A stretch of 48,642 nt of DNA, filler included, from Sphacelaria rigidula (lineage: Eukaryota): assembly GCA_964200075.2 (NCBI GenBank). It is 3 parts of 3 records of this genome, joined end to end, with 100 filler letters (N's around TTAATTAATTAA, not from the genome) between each part and the next. Parts side by side here need not be neighbours in the genome. Positions count along the whole stretch, not along the records: positions 32,496 to 48,642 come from CAXNAA020001464.1; 2 more parts are not named here. One strand, 5' to 3'. Positions 36,109-48,350 of the stretch are shown here, piece by piece (within the stretch, counting starts at the first letter, position 1; each line of letters opens with the position of its first letter). The position numbers and the translations under genes were made by a program. The notes beneath the pieces are model-generated. The model was not told the DNA's origin. It did not search any database and was given only the letters and a program-made list of their open reading frames with translations.

Positions 36109-36534
36109 CACCCCCCCGCACACCGCGTAACAGTTGTGTCAATCCGCGACTCATACCTACACCCAGCCCTGAACTTGGTCCTTCAGTACCGAGTGTAAGT
36201 CTGAGGTGTGGGAAGACCAACCGCCAGTCTCTGAGGCAACGGCCTCCCTCAGCGACCGCACGCACAGGTAGTCACAAGCTTTTTTCAGCTGACCCCAGGG
36301 TTGCTGATTTGAATTTGACCACATCGGATCATGTCGTCCTCAATCAGCTGGATTGAGTTCCTTCCTCGCGATTTCCAACCCGCGCAAAACTATCTTTGGC
36401 AGGTTCAAAGAACAACCGCCCCAGAATGAATACCTTCGGCCATTCTCCCCTGCCAAGCTTGCCTACGGAAAGCAGCCCACAAGCTTCGCCCCATCATGCT
36501 CCGATGCTGACCCCATCCAACCGACTGGACGCAG

Positions 36535-39500
36535 TTGTGGTCTCATCCCCAAATGCTTTGGAAGGTCCCCGCCCTTCGTCACGGCGAAAGAGAAAGCCCC
36601 GTAAGCATGCCCCCAAGGACGCGCGCGCACCACTACTTACCCCTCTTTCGAGCGGAAATCCTCGACTTCAGCGGAAATCCTCGACCTCCATCCCTCCAAA
36701 ATGCGACGGCTTTGAGCTCGACGGCCTCATCAAGTATCACGGAAGAAACGGAATCAGATATTTCTGACGCCTCTTCTTGTTCAATGGACGACTCCAGGCA
36801 CATACAATCTGGATCTGCCTTAGACGGTAATCCCTGCCAACCAAAGACGATCATTTATGAAATCGCTAATGGTCAACCTGACAGTGCCACACCTGGAAAT
36901 GATGAACCGTCCACCCCCTTCTTTGGTGAAGAATCTGACCCATCGGCGGACCAACTGCCTTTTGTTTTTGCTGTCAGCCACGCCGATCCTGACCAATTTA
37001 CCCTGCCGGAACACGGTCCGGATCTTGTCGGCGGCAAAGTGTCTGTAGATCCGGCCACTTTCACTACTCGCGTTGCGATCCATGCCGGTCCAAACGCTAT
37101 CATGCCTACGAAATGCGTATCTTTGTTGGACAGCGGCAGCCTGCAAACATTTATTCGAGAATCAACATGGAAACACATGAAACAGACCGGTGCTGCTACA
37201 GCAGCTTGCGAAACCACCACCAAACCTCGCGTGTGGGGCGGTTTCGGTGATTCTGCCGCGCCACTGACGACACGAAAATCCGTACGTCTCAGTGTACAAC
37301 TCTTTCACAACACCACTCGATCTGCCAGCCTGGCAGTCTGGGCATATATCGTCCCCGACAACACAATGCATCACGCCATATTATTGGGCAGAGATAGCTA
37401 TATGCGGTTTAATAAACGAACCTACCGCACGCTTCCACCACTAACGCCACATTCCACGCCGCGTGGAGAATTCAACCTCGAGCACTTTGGTACTCTCCAC
37501 GGCGCCCTGGCTTATCAAAATAATCTTCAAGCGACCGGAGCTGCTTACCGCCTACGATATAACGGTAGCGTGGGTACTACACTCTCCGACGACCCCCAAC
37601 TTCTTGAAGCTGCACTAGTTCGCCGAAATGGCATGCCAGCACTTACGGGCCATTTTCTTGCTGAACTGTTACCCCGTATTGGCGCACCAGCCGACACAGA
37701 ACATTTTATGTCGGCGGGACAACAACTCCTCCCTCTTACGGGCCATGCTAACTTGGAACCCGGCGATGTTTTAGGAATCGCCGCTGCTCCCCTGATGCAC
37801 ATCCCACTCGAGACGTGCGTTACAGAGCCTGCCGCGCCTATCGCCACATCTCCGGCGGAGTCAGTCCACTGTGTCGACGAACCCTATTTCGACCCCGCCT
37901 CCGCGACTCCACCCCACGTCCACACCGTGGATCCTGCTCAGTCAAATTCCGATCCTCCTGCTGAAGTGCTTCAACGCTCATCACCAGATTCTCGGAATAG
38001 TTTCTTGCACATGTGGCACCAACTGCCGCCACTCATGCGCGACATCAATTTTGACCTTCATGGGCCCGGTTGGGAACCAGCAGTCATCCAAGAACTCAGT
38101 GATGTCCTGCTTGAGTACCAAGACCGATTTTCCCGATCCAAGACGGATCTTGGGCATTGCAAAACACTGCCCCTTGAGGTTACCCTCCAACCCGGCGTCA
38201 CGCCGATCTCTTCCCGACCATACAGGACGAACCCAATCCTTACCAAAAAGGTTAACGCCATCTTGGATGCGTATTTGGGAGCAGGACTAATACAACATTC
38301 CTTCTTTCCTTGGGCCTCGCTACTTGTGGTTGTTCCTAAAAGAACGGCAACATACGTATTAAGCGTGAATTACCAACGGTTGAACCGCGTCACCGTGATT
38401 GGTAAACTTCCAATCCCCCGCATTGATGAAGTCCTCGACTCCTTAGGTGAAGGAAAAATATTCAGCACCTTCGATCTCGCTTCTGGGTTTTTCCAGAATG
38501 CTATCCACCCTGACACAGTGCCACTTACGGCTTTTTGTACCTCGTCCGGGCTTTATGAATGGCTCCGAATGCCACAAGGCGCTGCCACCGCTCCAGGATG
38601 CTTTCAACGCTCAATGCGACGCGTTACGGAGGGCCTCGAGCACATCATCAAGTACCTAGATGATGCTATCGCTTTTGATGCCTCACCTATTGCACATGTC
38701 CGCACTCTGCGAGAATTTCTCTCTCGACTGCGAACACACGATTTGAAACTGTCCCCATCCAAAGCTCGCCTTGGCGCGACTGACTTGGAGGTTTTGGGGC
38801 ATTCCATCTCGCCCGCAGGCCTACGTCCGGATACGAACGAAGTCGGGGCTATGACCGACTTACCGATGCCAACTAACATCTCTCAACTTCGCTCATTGTT
38901 GAGCGGGCTCTCTTACTACCGCATTTTTTTGCCGAATTTATCTAAACGGATACGCCCCCTCACCGAGCTTCTCAAGAAAGGAGTCGTGTTTTCCTTCACC
39001 ACCGAGATGGAAAATATCACCCGCGAATTGCTGAAAACGCTTACCGAAAAATCGGTCCTCTGTTTCCCTGATTGGGAGGCAGTGCAAGACGGCTTTCGTC
39101 TTTTTCAACTCCACACTGACGCTAGCACAGACGGATTCGGAGGAGTTTTGAATCAACCTCAGGCTGATGGCTCTGTTCGACCTCTTCTCTACATCAGTCG
39201 CGCCACCTTGTACAAAGAGGTCAACTGGAGCTCGTTAGAACTGGAAGGCGGAGTTATCACCTGGGCCATTAAGCGCCTTCGACAATACCTGTTTCACGTG
39301 CCCTTTGAAATCTACACGGATCATGGGGCACTCGAGCAACTCGCCAAGGTTGGCGAACACAACCCGCGTGTACTACGCTGGTTAGAGTTTCTAAGAGCAT
39401 ACCAGTATACCATTAAGCATCGTCCAGGCAAAACCAACGGAAACGCTGATCTTCTCTCCCGATTACCCCTGCCGCCTACAGCCGCAGATTCCAGCCCGGC

Positions 39501-42295
39501 TTGCCGTCTAACGGAACCCGACGAACCTGGGATTTACCCTATTTGACGTTTTTCGACGCCAGTCTACGCCCTTGACCTTCAATGTCCAGAAACTGGTATG
39601 CACATGGGCGGACCTCGCCCTCTGCCCTATGACGCCGTCTTGGGTGGGTTAACACCCACAACCTCCGATTTTGTCGATTTCCGGACCTTTGGTACTCGCG
39701 CCGAGCTTCTCACGGAAACACCCTCGGTTACCCACCTGATTTCAGATAATACGCGCTCTCGGTCTGCCGCCTGCACCAACCCCCCAAGTGCCCCGCCGCC
39801 ACCGATGACAGCTGCAAGTTCTGCGAGTCACGCAGCGCCGGCCCTACGGATCGACCCGCAACGCTCCGCAATCACTACTGCAACAAACAACACGCGCCGC
39901 GGACCTTCTTCGCCGCGCACAACTTCAACTCCGCCGCTTATGACGGCAACACCGACAACCCCTGCCCCCGAGGCGGAGATTGACGTAGGAATTTCTGCCC
40001 CGTCACCTGTTCCCCCGCTACCTACCCCACCATGTTTGGTCGGCTCCCCAGCGGAAAGCCAACTGCGCGAGTTTCTCGCCAACTACTCTCACCGTGACTG
40101 GGCTCGCGAATAAAACGCAGAACCGCTATGTCGCGCAGCCACCCGTTACTGACAGCTCGACTGCCCAGTTCCTTTCCCGCCCGAACTTTTGGCTCCTGTT
40201 GGCACACTGCCACCACCAGATATCTCCGAGGTATATGAACTCGTGCGTAAAGGCACGATTTTTACCACGAACGAAGGTGTGCAATTACTCGTGCGTCGAC
40301 CCACGCCTTTAGCAGGCGCAATAACTACCTCCTCCACGGGACGCCACGCACGACCACTCGATGACGAACCCACGCGCATATACGTTCCGTTATTAATGCG
40401 CCCCTCGGTCATGAAAGGCTGTCACACAGACTTGTCATGTCATCTTGGCGTCACCCGCACCCTAGCGCTCTTGGAACGCTCTGCTGGTGGGTTGACATGG
40501 AAATTTCCACCAGCTTTTGGATTCGGCGATGCTTCAAATGCCAAGCTCGACAGACTTCACGGCAGACAGTCCGCTGGCCAGTCATCTCTATGGGACTCCC
40601 CAACGCGCCCGGACACCTTGTGTCCTTTGACTATTTCGGCCCTCTACCGCCCACAGGCCGCGGCAACAGCTACATCTTACTCTTCACTGACCGCTTCAGC
40701 CGCCACGCGTCCATGTACGCGGTAACCGCTGCAGATGTCACTGCAGCAGGAACGGCCGACATAATGGTCCACGACTACATCAAGCACTACGGTTGCCCGA
40801 AACGACTTCTTTGAGATAATGGTCAGCAATTTTGCTCAGATCTTTCTGCGGAGCTTTACAAGCTCCTGGGCATCCGCAAAATTGCCACGAGCGCCTACCA
40901 CCCTAACGGCAACGGTGGTACCGAACGAGTTAATCACACCATGGCCCAAATAAATGCTCTTTATGGTCGTTAACGACCGCCAAAATGACTGGGACCTAGA
41001 TCTCTCACACATTATGTTGTCCTACAATAACTCGATTAATGCCGCCACAGGCCTTTCTCCGAACGAACTCCATCTTGGACGTTACCCCCGGCTACCCATC
41101 ACCGTGTTTGAAAGACACACGTCCGATGGCCACCAAGGCTTGGATCAGGATCAGATATCCTATCATGAGCTAGCGCATTCACGACAACGAAAAGCGTTTA
41201 CGCTCGTGCGCGAACAACACGCTATCAACGCCTCGCGCCTGGAGCGGTCTAACACTGCTCTCTACAACCTAATGCACAATCGCTCCAACTGGAAAGTTGG
41301 TGATTGGGTTTGGGTCTACAACAGTATATCGACCATCCGCCAGGGTACCAGCAAGGCAGCCGACGAAACAATTTTGAAGGCAAAATTTTCCCTCAATTGG
41401 ACAGGATCTTTCAAGATTCTGAAAGTCGGTCCCTCGCCATCCTCACCGGATGATAAACCCGTTGGCGACAAACTCTTCTATCTCGATTTGCCTCGCGACC
41501 TTCAGGGCAAAAACACCAAACCCCGCGTTTCCGTGCACAGGTGCAAACCATGCACGAACCCGCATGATACAAGTGACATGCCCAAATACCTGCCTGCAGG
41601 ACTTACACAGTAGTACGTTCTCAACAACTACTCGACTAAGTCTCCGCCCTACCACGTCACCACTGATTACGTAACGGAACAGCCCCTCCGCCTGACGGTT
41701 TCCGCCATATCCGGCTACCAAATCACTCGTGGTCGAGGTGGCAAAATTGCCGTCATGTATAAGACCCACTGGCAAGGTCTTCCGGAGAGCTTCTTGGGAA
41801 CGCGAACCCGACCTTCAATTGCACCGCCGTACAATCCTCCTATACTGGACGCAACCTCAACATCAGCATCTTGCTCACAACAAGAGATACCGCAACATGC
41901 GTCGTGGCGCAGCAGCCCGCGAACTGCACCGCGACCAAGGCCTACGCTCTGTCGCCGATGGCTACGAACTGGTTCCCACCAAGATTTGTAAAGCAAAGTT
42001 CTTCGCGAACCAGAAAACACTACCCAAGGGCTCCTCCCTGTGGTTCAAAGGCAGCGACAACCTCTAGTGGTTGGGTCAGACTCACTCCGCTAATCTAGTC
42101 TCTGCTGACACATAAATCCTGCGCTTCACCGATGACCCAGGACCCATACAGCTTAAGCTCCGGCCTGCGCTATACACCACCAGTCCATCTGCACCACGTG
42201 GATCTTGGTGTCTTCAGCGCCTCAAGTCCAAAGGACTTCGCCACGGTCTCCAGCGCAACATCGACCACACCCACGACGTGCACGCACCGCTGTGA
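36535..42295 (+). pseudogene. pol: Gypsy pol polyprotein: aspartic protease, RT, RNase H, integrase, chromodomain-like and extra C-terminal domain; disrupted
   Basis: PR LLDSGS; RT PIPRIDEVLD..FDLASGFFQ..MPQG..YLDD; RH HTDAS..ELE..YTDH..NADLLSR; IN CHTDLSCHLG..CFKC, DYFGP, DNG, GGTERVN. Stops at 39544, 40111, 40812, 41611 and 42065; frameshifts near 40480, 40950 and 41785. Confidence 0.93.
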
Positions 42296-42567
42296 ACTAC
42301 GCCCCCCACCGTTATCTTCCTTCTCTTCTTTAGTCTTTTGCCCTCCCTTTTTTCCACTAGGACCCTATTCTACGACATCCACGACAGGATCACCTTCCCC
42401 CGGACCATGATCGGACAAGAGCCGCTCGCCACCTACGACTACTGGAGCTCTGCTATCCCCTCGTTTTCGACGGGGTCGGATCTTGTTGGATCACCAACTC
42501 TTCAGATTTGCTTTTCTTGATTCCGACCAACTTACGTTGGTCGCCTGTTACTGCTGTAGCCATAATT

Positions 42568-42664
42568 CTTTGGAATCCCCCAGGTCGAAGCTGGCGTAGC
42601 TTGCTCCCTGTTGTCCCTTTGGAATCCCCCAGGTCGAAGCTGGCGCAGCTTGCTCCCTGTTGTA
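42568..42664. repeat. 49-bp tandem duplication in the element 3' UTR
   Basis: CTTTGGAATCCCCCAGGTCGAAGCTGGCG(T/C)AGCTTGCTCCCTGTTGT at 42568 and 42617. Confidence 0.9.
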
Positions 42665-42945
42665 CCCCCCCTGATTTTTTCCTCGTTCTGCTAGGACGCC
42701 GAAGCATTGTGTGCTTCTTCGTTGGTTTCTAGCACGCGGCAGCAGTCTTGTGCTTCCGCGTTTCAAGCAGTTTAGTTTCTGCTTTCTTTACTCTGAGGTG
42801 TGGGAGTGGATCGGGAGTATTCCCTTAGGCGTGTTTTACTAGCCTTAGTCGCTCATGACTTTACGAATAAATAAAAACCTTAGTTTTCGCTGCTTCTGAG
42901 GATACATTCTCGCAGCTGTAATAAAGGTTCGTCTGGGTGGGTTAG

Positions 42946-43424
42946 TGTCATGAAAGAGCATATTAGTCGAGCATATTAGCCTCTTATCACGCTCAGACCC
43001 GTCAATGAGTCTAGACAGTTATTGGTTCAGGATATCTTGACTGCAGGTCTGTTCAGACTTGGTCGATACGAGTACGAACGGGTATAAAAGCGAGGGGGTG
43101 CCTTTCTGTCGACCCCCAAGCATCTCCCCTCCTTTCGCACTACTACTTGCCACCAAGCTCTCTGCAAGAGAGCTAAGCATCGGTGAGACTATTGAGTGAA
43201 CGTGAGAGATTGACCGTGAGAGATTGGATAAGCAAAAGGTTGAGACCAAGCATTTATCAAAGAGATATACTAAACCTACACGTGAGATCATAAAGAATAC
43301 CTTGGACACATCAAGGGTCACAGTCACTGATTGCTCGAGTCCGTTGTTGGGCTCTTGTCTTGTCTACTCACTGAGTATTGCTAGCGACTCGTGTACTTCA
43401 TACACGCGGCCTATCCCCTTGACA
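42946..43424 (+). repeat. 3' LTR (479 bp) of the Gypsy element
   Basis: Begins TGTCA just after the G-rich tract GGGTGGGTTAG, ends TGACA (5-bp inverted termini), contains TATAAAA at ~43083. No second LTR in the window to confirm the boundaries. Confidence 0.65.
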
Positions 43425-44930
43425 GACTCTTTTCGCTTGCTATCGCTCATCATATCGGGGATCTGAAGATATTTGTATCCGCTCCGCATTTCAAGAAGAA
43501 AAAACATATGTACTCATTATTGGGTGACTTACGGGCTGACCGGTCATCGGGGGTCCTGCCCCTTTTCAGCCCAGATTCCCACTCTTATGTATTTTCGGTC
43601 GATCAAGCCTATCCCCATCATATTCGTGAAGGAATGTACACTTTTATTTTTCAGAAATTCTGCCTACTCATCGCACTAGGGCCAAAAAACTGTGTTTCAC
43701 GGTCAATAACACCCTCCTGATAAACGGGGTGTTTACTCGTTTCGCCCGATAACACCAAGCGGCACTGACTTGGGCACGGTGTTTCGAGGATGATCTGTTC
43801 ATTGTCCCAAAATCTACCGACGCTAGCAATTTCGAGTTCTATCAAAGAATAGTACACGAGAAAATGCCCCAAACCCCTTAAAGTAGTTTCACCGCCCACT
43901 ACTGTATTCCTTTATTCATCAATCAGGGTTTTGATTGCGTATAGTATCCACATAGGCAACGGGTTTGACATACGCTGTTTTGCGTCATACCCTTTGTTCA
44001 CAGGGTTCGAGGACATTAAACTTTTTTTTTACGTCAGGCACGTCTATCTTATGACCACGCGGCTGGGTCCCTCGGGGATCAATCAATAATTTCCTGGGTA
44101 CTCGTAACAACAAACCGAATAAAATAAACCAGCAGTTGTACTTCGAGAATAAAACTGGGACGCCATTTGTTAATAACCTTATCGCCTGATTGAGAGTGTA
44201 GCATTCGATTGAAAGTAATCCTTATTTCGAGCCATTTCCACTAAAAAAAAATAAGAGTGATACCGATTCCGTAAACAAGAAGTTTTTGTACTCGAAAATG
44301 AGGTTGGACATTAAAGAAATGAGGTTCAACCGCCCCTTGAAGTTTTGAGACTCAAATAGATTGAAAACGAAAGCACTTTCGGACATTTTTTTTTCTGTTA
44401 AATGCTAAGCAGGCGTGGAAATTTGCACCCCATGAATGGGGTGTATACCTGTGTCGATGATAATGCAACCGGAGGAGCAATGAATACATGGCGGAGAGGA
44501 AGCTCCTCGCCTGTGCCCTTTCTTTGTGTATGTCTTTCTTTGGCGATACCCAACCGCTGGAGAGGTTGGCATCGCGTTACCACCACTTTCTTGAGATTGA
44601 CAGTAGAGCGCTGATTGGGAGCGGCTTTGATGATTCGCTGTAACTTGGCCATTTTTTCATTCCGTGTGTGCTCTCCTTTGCCTCCATCACTGGGGTGTGC
44701 TTACAGCTAGCTACACGTCGATATCCTACTCAAAATATCAAGGGCCTCCGTGGCAAGCTACTACAGGAAGCATGTCGGGCCTCGTGGAGGGGCATTTCGG
44801 AACTGGAATCATTCATATACTAATTGACCGCTTTTCACTCTCAATCGTATCCTCTACTCTCAGTCTCACGGAAACGTTGTTAGAGCTAATTTGCCAGCCC
44901 CTTTCATCGGCACAGTATCGAACAAAGGAG

Positions 44931-44978
44931 GACACTATCTGATGATAGTATCTGATGATAGTATCTGATGATAGTGTC
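44931..44978. repeat. 13-bp unit (TATCTGATGATAG) x3 inside a GACACTATC...GATAGTGTC inverted repeat
   Basis: Directly visible. Confidence 0.85.
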
Positions 44979-45389
44979 TTCCCTGAAATTGGCTGGTTCG
45001 GGAAGGCAAAATCTACACGTAAATCGAACTAAACAGAGCCGAGCACAACGAGCAGCTGGGAATTCTCACACTTTGGTTAGCATTCACCAAGGTCGCCTAT
45101 ATGAGGCGCTTTATGCAGCCTGAAACCAAATATCAGGCGCTGTATGGCCATTTTCTTCGTGACACGTTTGGGTTGGTTTTGGAGCGCGGGGGGAGCGGGG
45201 GGCGTACTCATTTGTTGCTTGTTTTAGTCGTTCGACCATTGACCACTCATCCCTTTCGAGACGGAGCACCGTTCCTACTCCTGACAGAGCCACCTCCAAC
45301 ATCCTGGCGCTCTTTAAGTTTCTTCCATACATTACACAAAAACCTTTTACATATCTTATCCCCGTCCTGTTTCGCCGTCTCTGACCACC

Positions 45390-45509
45390 ATCTATCTCCT
45401 GGTATAGTCATCGTTTTCTCGCTACTGTACTGTCTAATGAATCACACGATCTATCTTCTAGTATAGCCATCGTTTTCTCGCTACTGTACTGTCTACTGAA
45501 TCACACGAT
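45390..45509. repeat. 59-bp tandem duplication
   Basis: ATCTATCT..GTATAG(T/C)CATCGTTTTCTCGCTACTGTACTGTCTA(A/C)TGAATCACACG at 45390 and 45449. Confidence 0.85.
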
Positions 45510-45972
45510 TTCGTACCACCTTCGTTCACGTCCCGCATTTCCCCCTCTAGAACGTCCCGTTCCTCATTGTATAGTTCACATGCTGGAACTATATGACTTC
45601 TGCTCTCTATTGATTAACCACAGAGGCTGTGGAGGGGTGCGGGGGGGGGGCTATCGCGACATTACTCCCAGGGTCGTTGAATGTACTGTGGGGATATGCC
45701 AGGGAAGTGGTGATTGATACATGATGAGCACAAAAAACGAGGCAGCCAGCCCAGGCGTTGAAGGATTTCCGCGTGTGAGTGGCGTACGATGCATGCTTGC
45801 AGCACATCGAATGCCTCGTGAGCTACCAGGATATTACTCGTTGTTAGTGTGGTGATGCAAATCATGAGCCGTTTTTCTACATCTATTCCGTACAGCGAAT
45901 CACAAGAGTGAACGAAAAAGTCCTACCAGTCACCGCAAACGGTGACTTCCTTCCTGCCGGCTAGCTTTTTTT

Positions 45973-47545
45973 CAGGGACCTGTACGGAGGACAATCCGCT
46001 CCGCGGTGCGGATTTGTTTTGCTCAATCTCACGGAGCGGAGCGGATATCCAACTGTGCGAGAAGTTACGGCAAATGGCGGGAGGGATACCCGCCACTGAA
46101 TGTGTCACGGATTCTTGCGGAGCGGATATCCGCCCTTGAATACATCACGGAGCGGGCCGGATTTTCCGAATATGGTAAGGAGCGGAGTGGCGCGGATATC
46201 CGCTGGTGGAAAAATTCACGGATCGCGACGGAGCGGATATCCGTCCGCTACAAATGCACGTGATAGTGCGGGGCGGGTATCCGTCGCACGGATTTTTCCA
46301 CGCAGCGGTTTGTCGCACTCCATGGAACAAACCATACAAACGGCATTTCTGAAACGTAGCGATAATCCGTTGAAATAACACGGGTATCCGCAAAAATTGC
46401 AAGGGTATCCGCGGGTAAATACCAACAAGTACGAAAGGAGTCGTTTTGCTGGGACTTCCAGATGCTGGTCAGGGGGGACGGCGGATAAAATGGGGGGTGC
46501 ACATTTAACGTCGCGTCTCTCGAGGAATAACATGAAAAATCGAACAAGAATGATGTCGAATGTTATATAATTGAATATCATCCCTCCTGTAGCACAGGGT
46601 GACGGGGAGCGGGGCAGCAGACGCGCAACAGCAGCAGCGTCTGACCCAGGACTAAGGCTCTCCACCACAAGAAAAAAAAACATGGGATGCATCCCTCAAG
46701 AATGACGTCAACAGCTGTAGTGAGAAACCTCGGAACATTCCTGGTGAAAACAACTCAGCAGTGAAAAACAACCATCTGTTTATATTGTTGTATACTATGG
46801 TAGTGTACTCATGTTTTTTTTTCGCGGGACGGGGCTTTTGTAGCGCAAAAACCAGAGCACTCTCTTTCACCCTCGGCTGCTACGGCTACGCCGCGTCCTA
46901 TTTCGTTTCCTTGTTCCATCATCACTCCTGACACCTGACAACTGAAAGCGCTACGCCCGGTCGCCCACAACGCACAACCCGCCTCTTCGCGGCCGATATC
47001 GTCTGCGAGCTCGATCACGACTTCCTTTTTTTTTTCCGGTTTGCATGATTCACAGCAGAATTGTAGAACCGTATCGGCGGAATGCTTATCCAGAACCACA
47101 TTTTGCATACGTCGAATGATAAGTTTTCCGGCATTTGGAACAATTTCGTCCGTGGAAATCCATGGCTTTTCAGCGGTTTGACACGGATAGTACATACACT
47201 ACGGAGTGGATAGAACCGCTCCGTATGAAAGCCGTTTTTTTACGGTTCCAACCGCGCAGCTGCACGGAGTAGAGCGGAGCGGGATCTTTTCAATCGTCAC
47301 GGAGTAGAGCGGAGCGGATATCCGCCCATCGGGAAACTCACGGATTAGTGCGGACCGGATATCCACAATTGCTCGTGTCGCGGAGCAAAGCGGATTTTTG
47401 TGGTGTGTTATGGACCGGACCGGACCGGATATCCGCTTGCGAGAAAATTCACAGGTTGTCACAGAGCGGATATCCGCCCCACACAAATGTCGTGGAGCGA
47501 TGCGTTTTGACAAACCGCACCGTAATTATCCCCTCCGCGGACATA
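45973..47545. mobile_element. Non-autonomous DNA transposon (hAT-like) with two subterminal arrays of GCGGATATCCGC-type motifs
   Basis: About 8 exact GGATATCC plus several GGGTATCC and CGGAGCGG motifs clustered in 45973-46420 and 47200-47545; left end starts CAGGG; TIR match is weak and no transposase is recognisable. Confidence 0.5.
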
Positions 47546-47594
47546 TTCTTAATCCTTACACATCTTTCCCCCCCCCAACAGTACAGATAGCGCC

Positions 47595-48005
47595 ACAGAA
47601 GTTGAGCCTCCGAGTGTTCAAAGCAGAAGAACTTGAGCACAAATTGTGATTCCCGATGAAGAACTCCACACGAAAAGTACGGCAGTTGCGGAGTTGGGTC
47701 TCAAAATTCCCCAAGACATCAGAACTTGAGGACAAATCGTGATCCCTGAAAAATAACCCCACACTAAAACCTACGGCACTTGAGAAGTCGGGCTCCAAAG
47801 TTGTCCGAAGCATAAAAACTTGAGCACCAATTATGTTGACTGGACAGGACTCCCACACTAAAACCTTCGGCAGTTGAGAAAAAAGTTGGGTCCGAAAATT
47901 CTCAAAATACAAGTAATTGAGCACAAATTGCGATCAATGAATGAGAATAACCCCAGACTAAAACCTGCGGCAGTTGAGACGTTGGCCCCCAAAAATTCGA
48001 AAATA
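47595..48005. repeat. Degenerate minisatellite, ~93-98-bp unit, ~4.5 copies
   Basis: ACTTGAGCACAAATT-like motif at ~47631, 47724, 47818 and 47916, each followed by CCCACACTAAAACCTNCGGCAGTTGAG-like sequence. Confidence 0.75.
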
Positions 48006-48034
48006 CAAGGGCTAATGTGAAAAGGTAATTCCTT

Positions 48035-48350
48035 GACAGACACTGGTGGGATTTTATCCCTTCTATGTGCCGGTTCCCACATCAGCCCCCGCTTCCATGA
48101 ACCTCTTGGGGGTTTTGTAGGATTAACCTTTTACGCGGGCTAGCGCTTGGAATCTTGCCCTTTTAATTCACACATCCTCCACGTGGTCACCTAACCAACA
48201 ATCGCCGCGGGAGATTTTCCGTGAGTTCTTGAACTCTGCTACAGAGGGTATACACAGTTTCTGTATTTTTGGCTCCCACCATTTTGGTGAGATCCGGGAT
48301 TTGAACCCGGGACCTTCTGCTCGTGAAGCGTTCGAGCTATCTCACTAGTG
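48035..48350 (-). mobile_element. Second tRNA-derived element (SINE family B-like or tRNA pseudogene head at 48350-48285)
   Basis: Minus strand reads CTAGTGAGATAGCTCGAACGCTTCACGAGCAGAAGGTCCCGGGTTCAAATCCCGGATCTCACCA: T-arm/B-box and CCA end present, 5' acceptor stem missing. Extent of the body is a guess. Confidence 0.5.

Larger units (their letters stand above)
32612..43424 (+). mobile_element. Ty3/Gypsy LTR retrotransposon with chromodomain-like integrase tail; decayed, 5' LTR absent (contig edge)
   Basis: Domain order gag(CCHC)-PR-RT-RH-IN-chromo; G-rich PPT-like tract then a TGTCA...TGACA LTR; several stops and frameshifts. Confidence 0.93.

Noticed and set aside
36535..39546. Active, intact retrotransposon suggested by the 1003-aa ORF
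   Set aside because: Integrase has several stops and frameshifts and gag is disrupted; this copy is not autonomous.
39556..39569. GACGCCAGTCTACG shared between pol and the SINE body
   Set aside because: Only 14 nt, in frame within pol, no flanking similarity; likely chance.
47595..48005. CRISPR-like or LRR-coding repeat array
   Set aside because: Units are degenerate along their whole length with homologous intervening sequence; no cas genes, eukaryotic context, no LRR frame.
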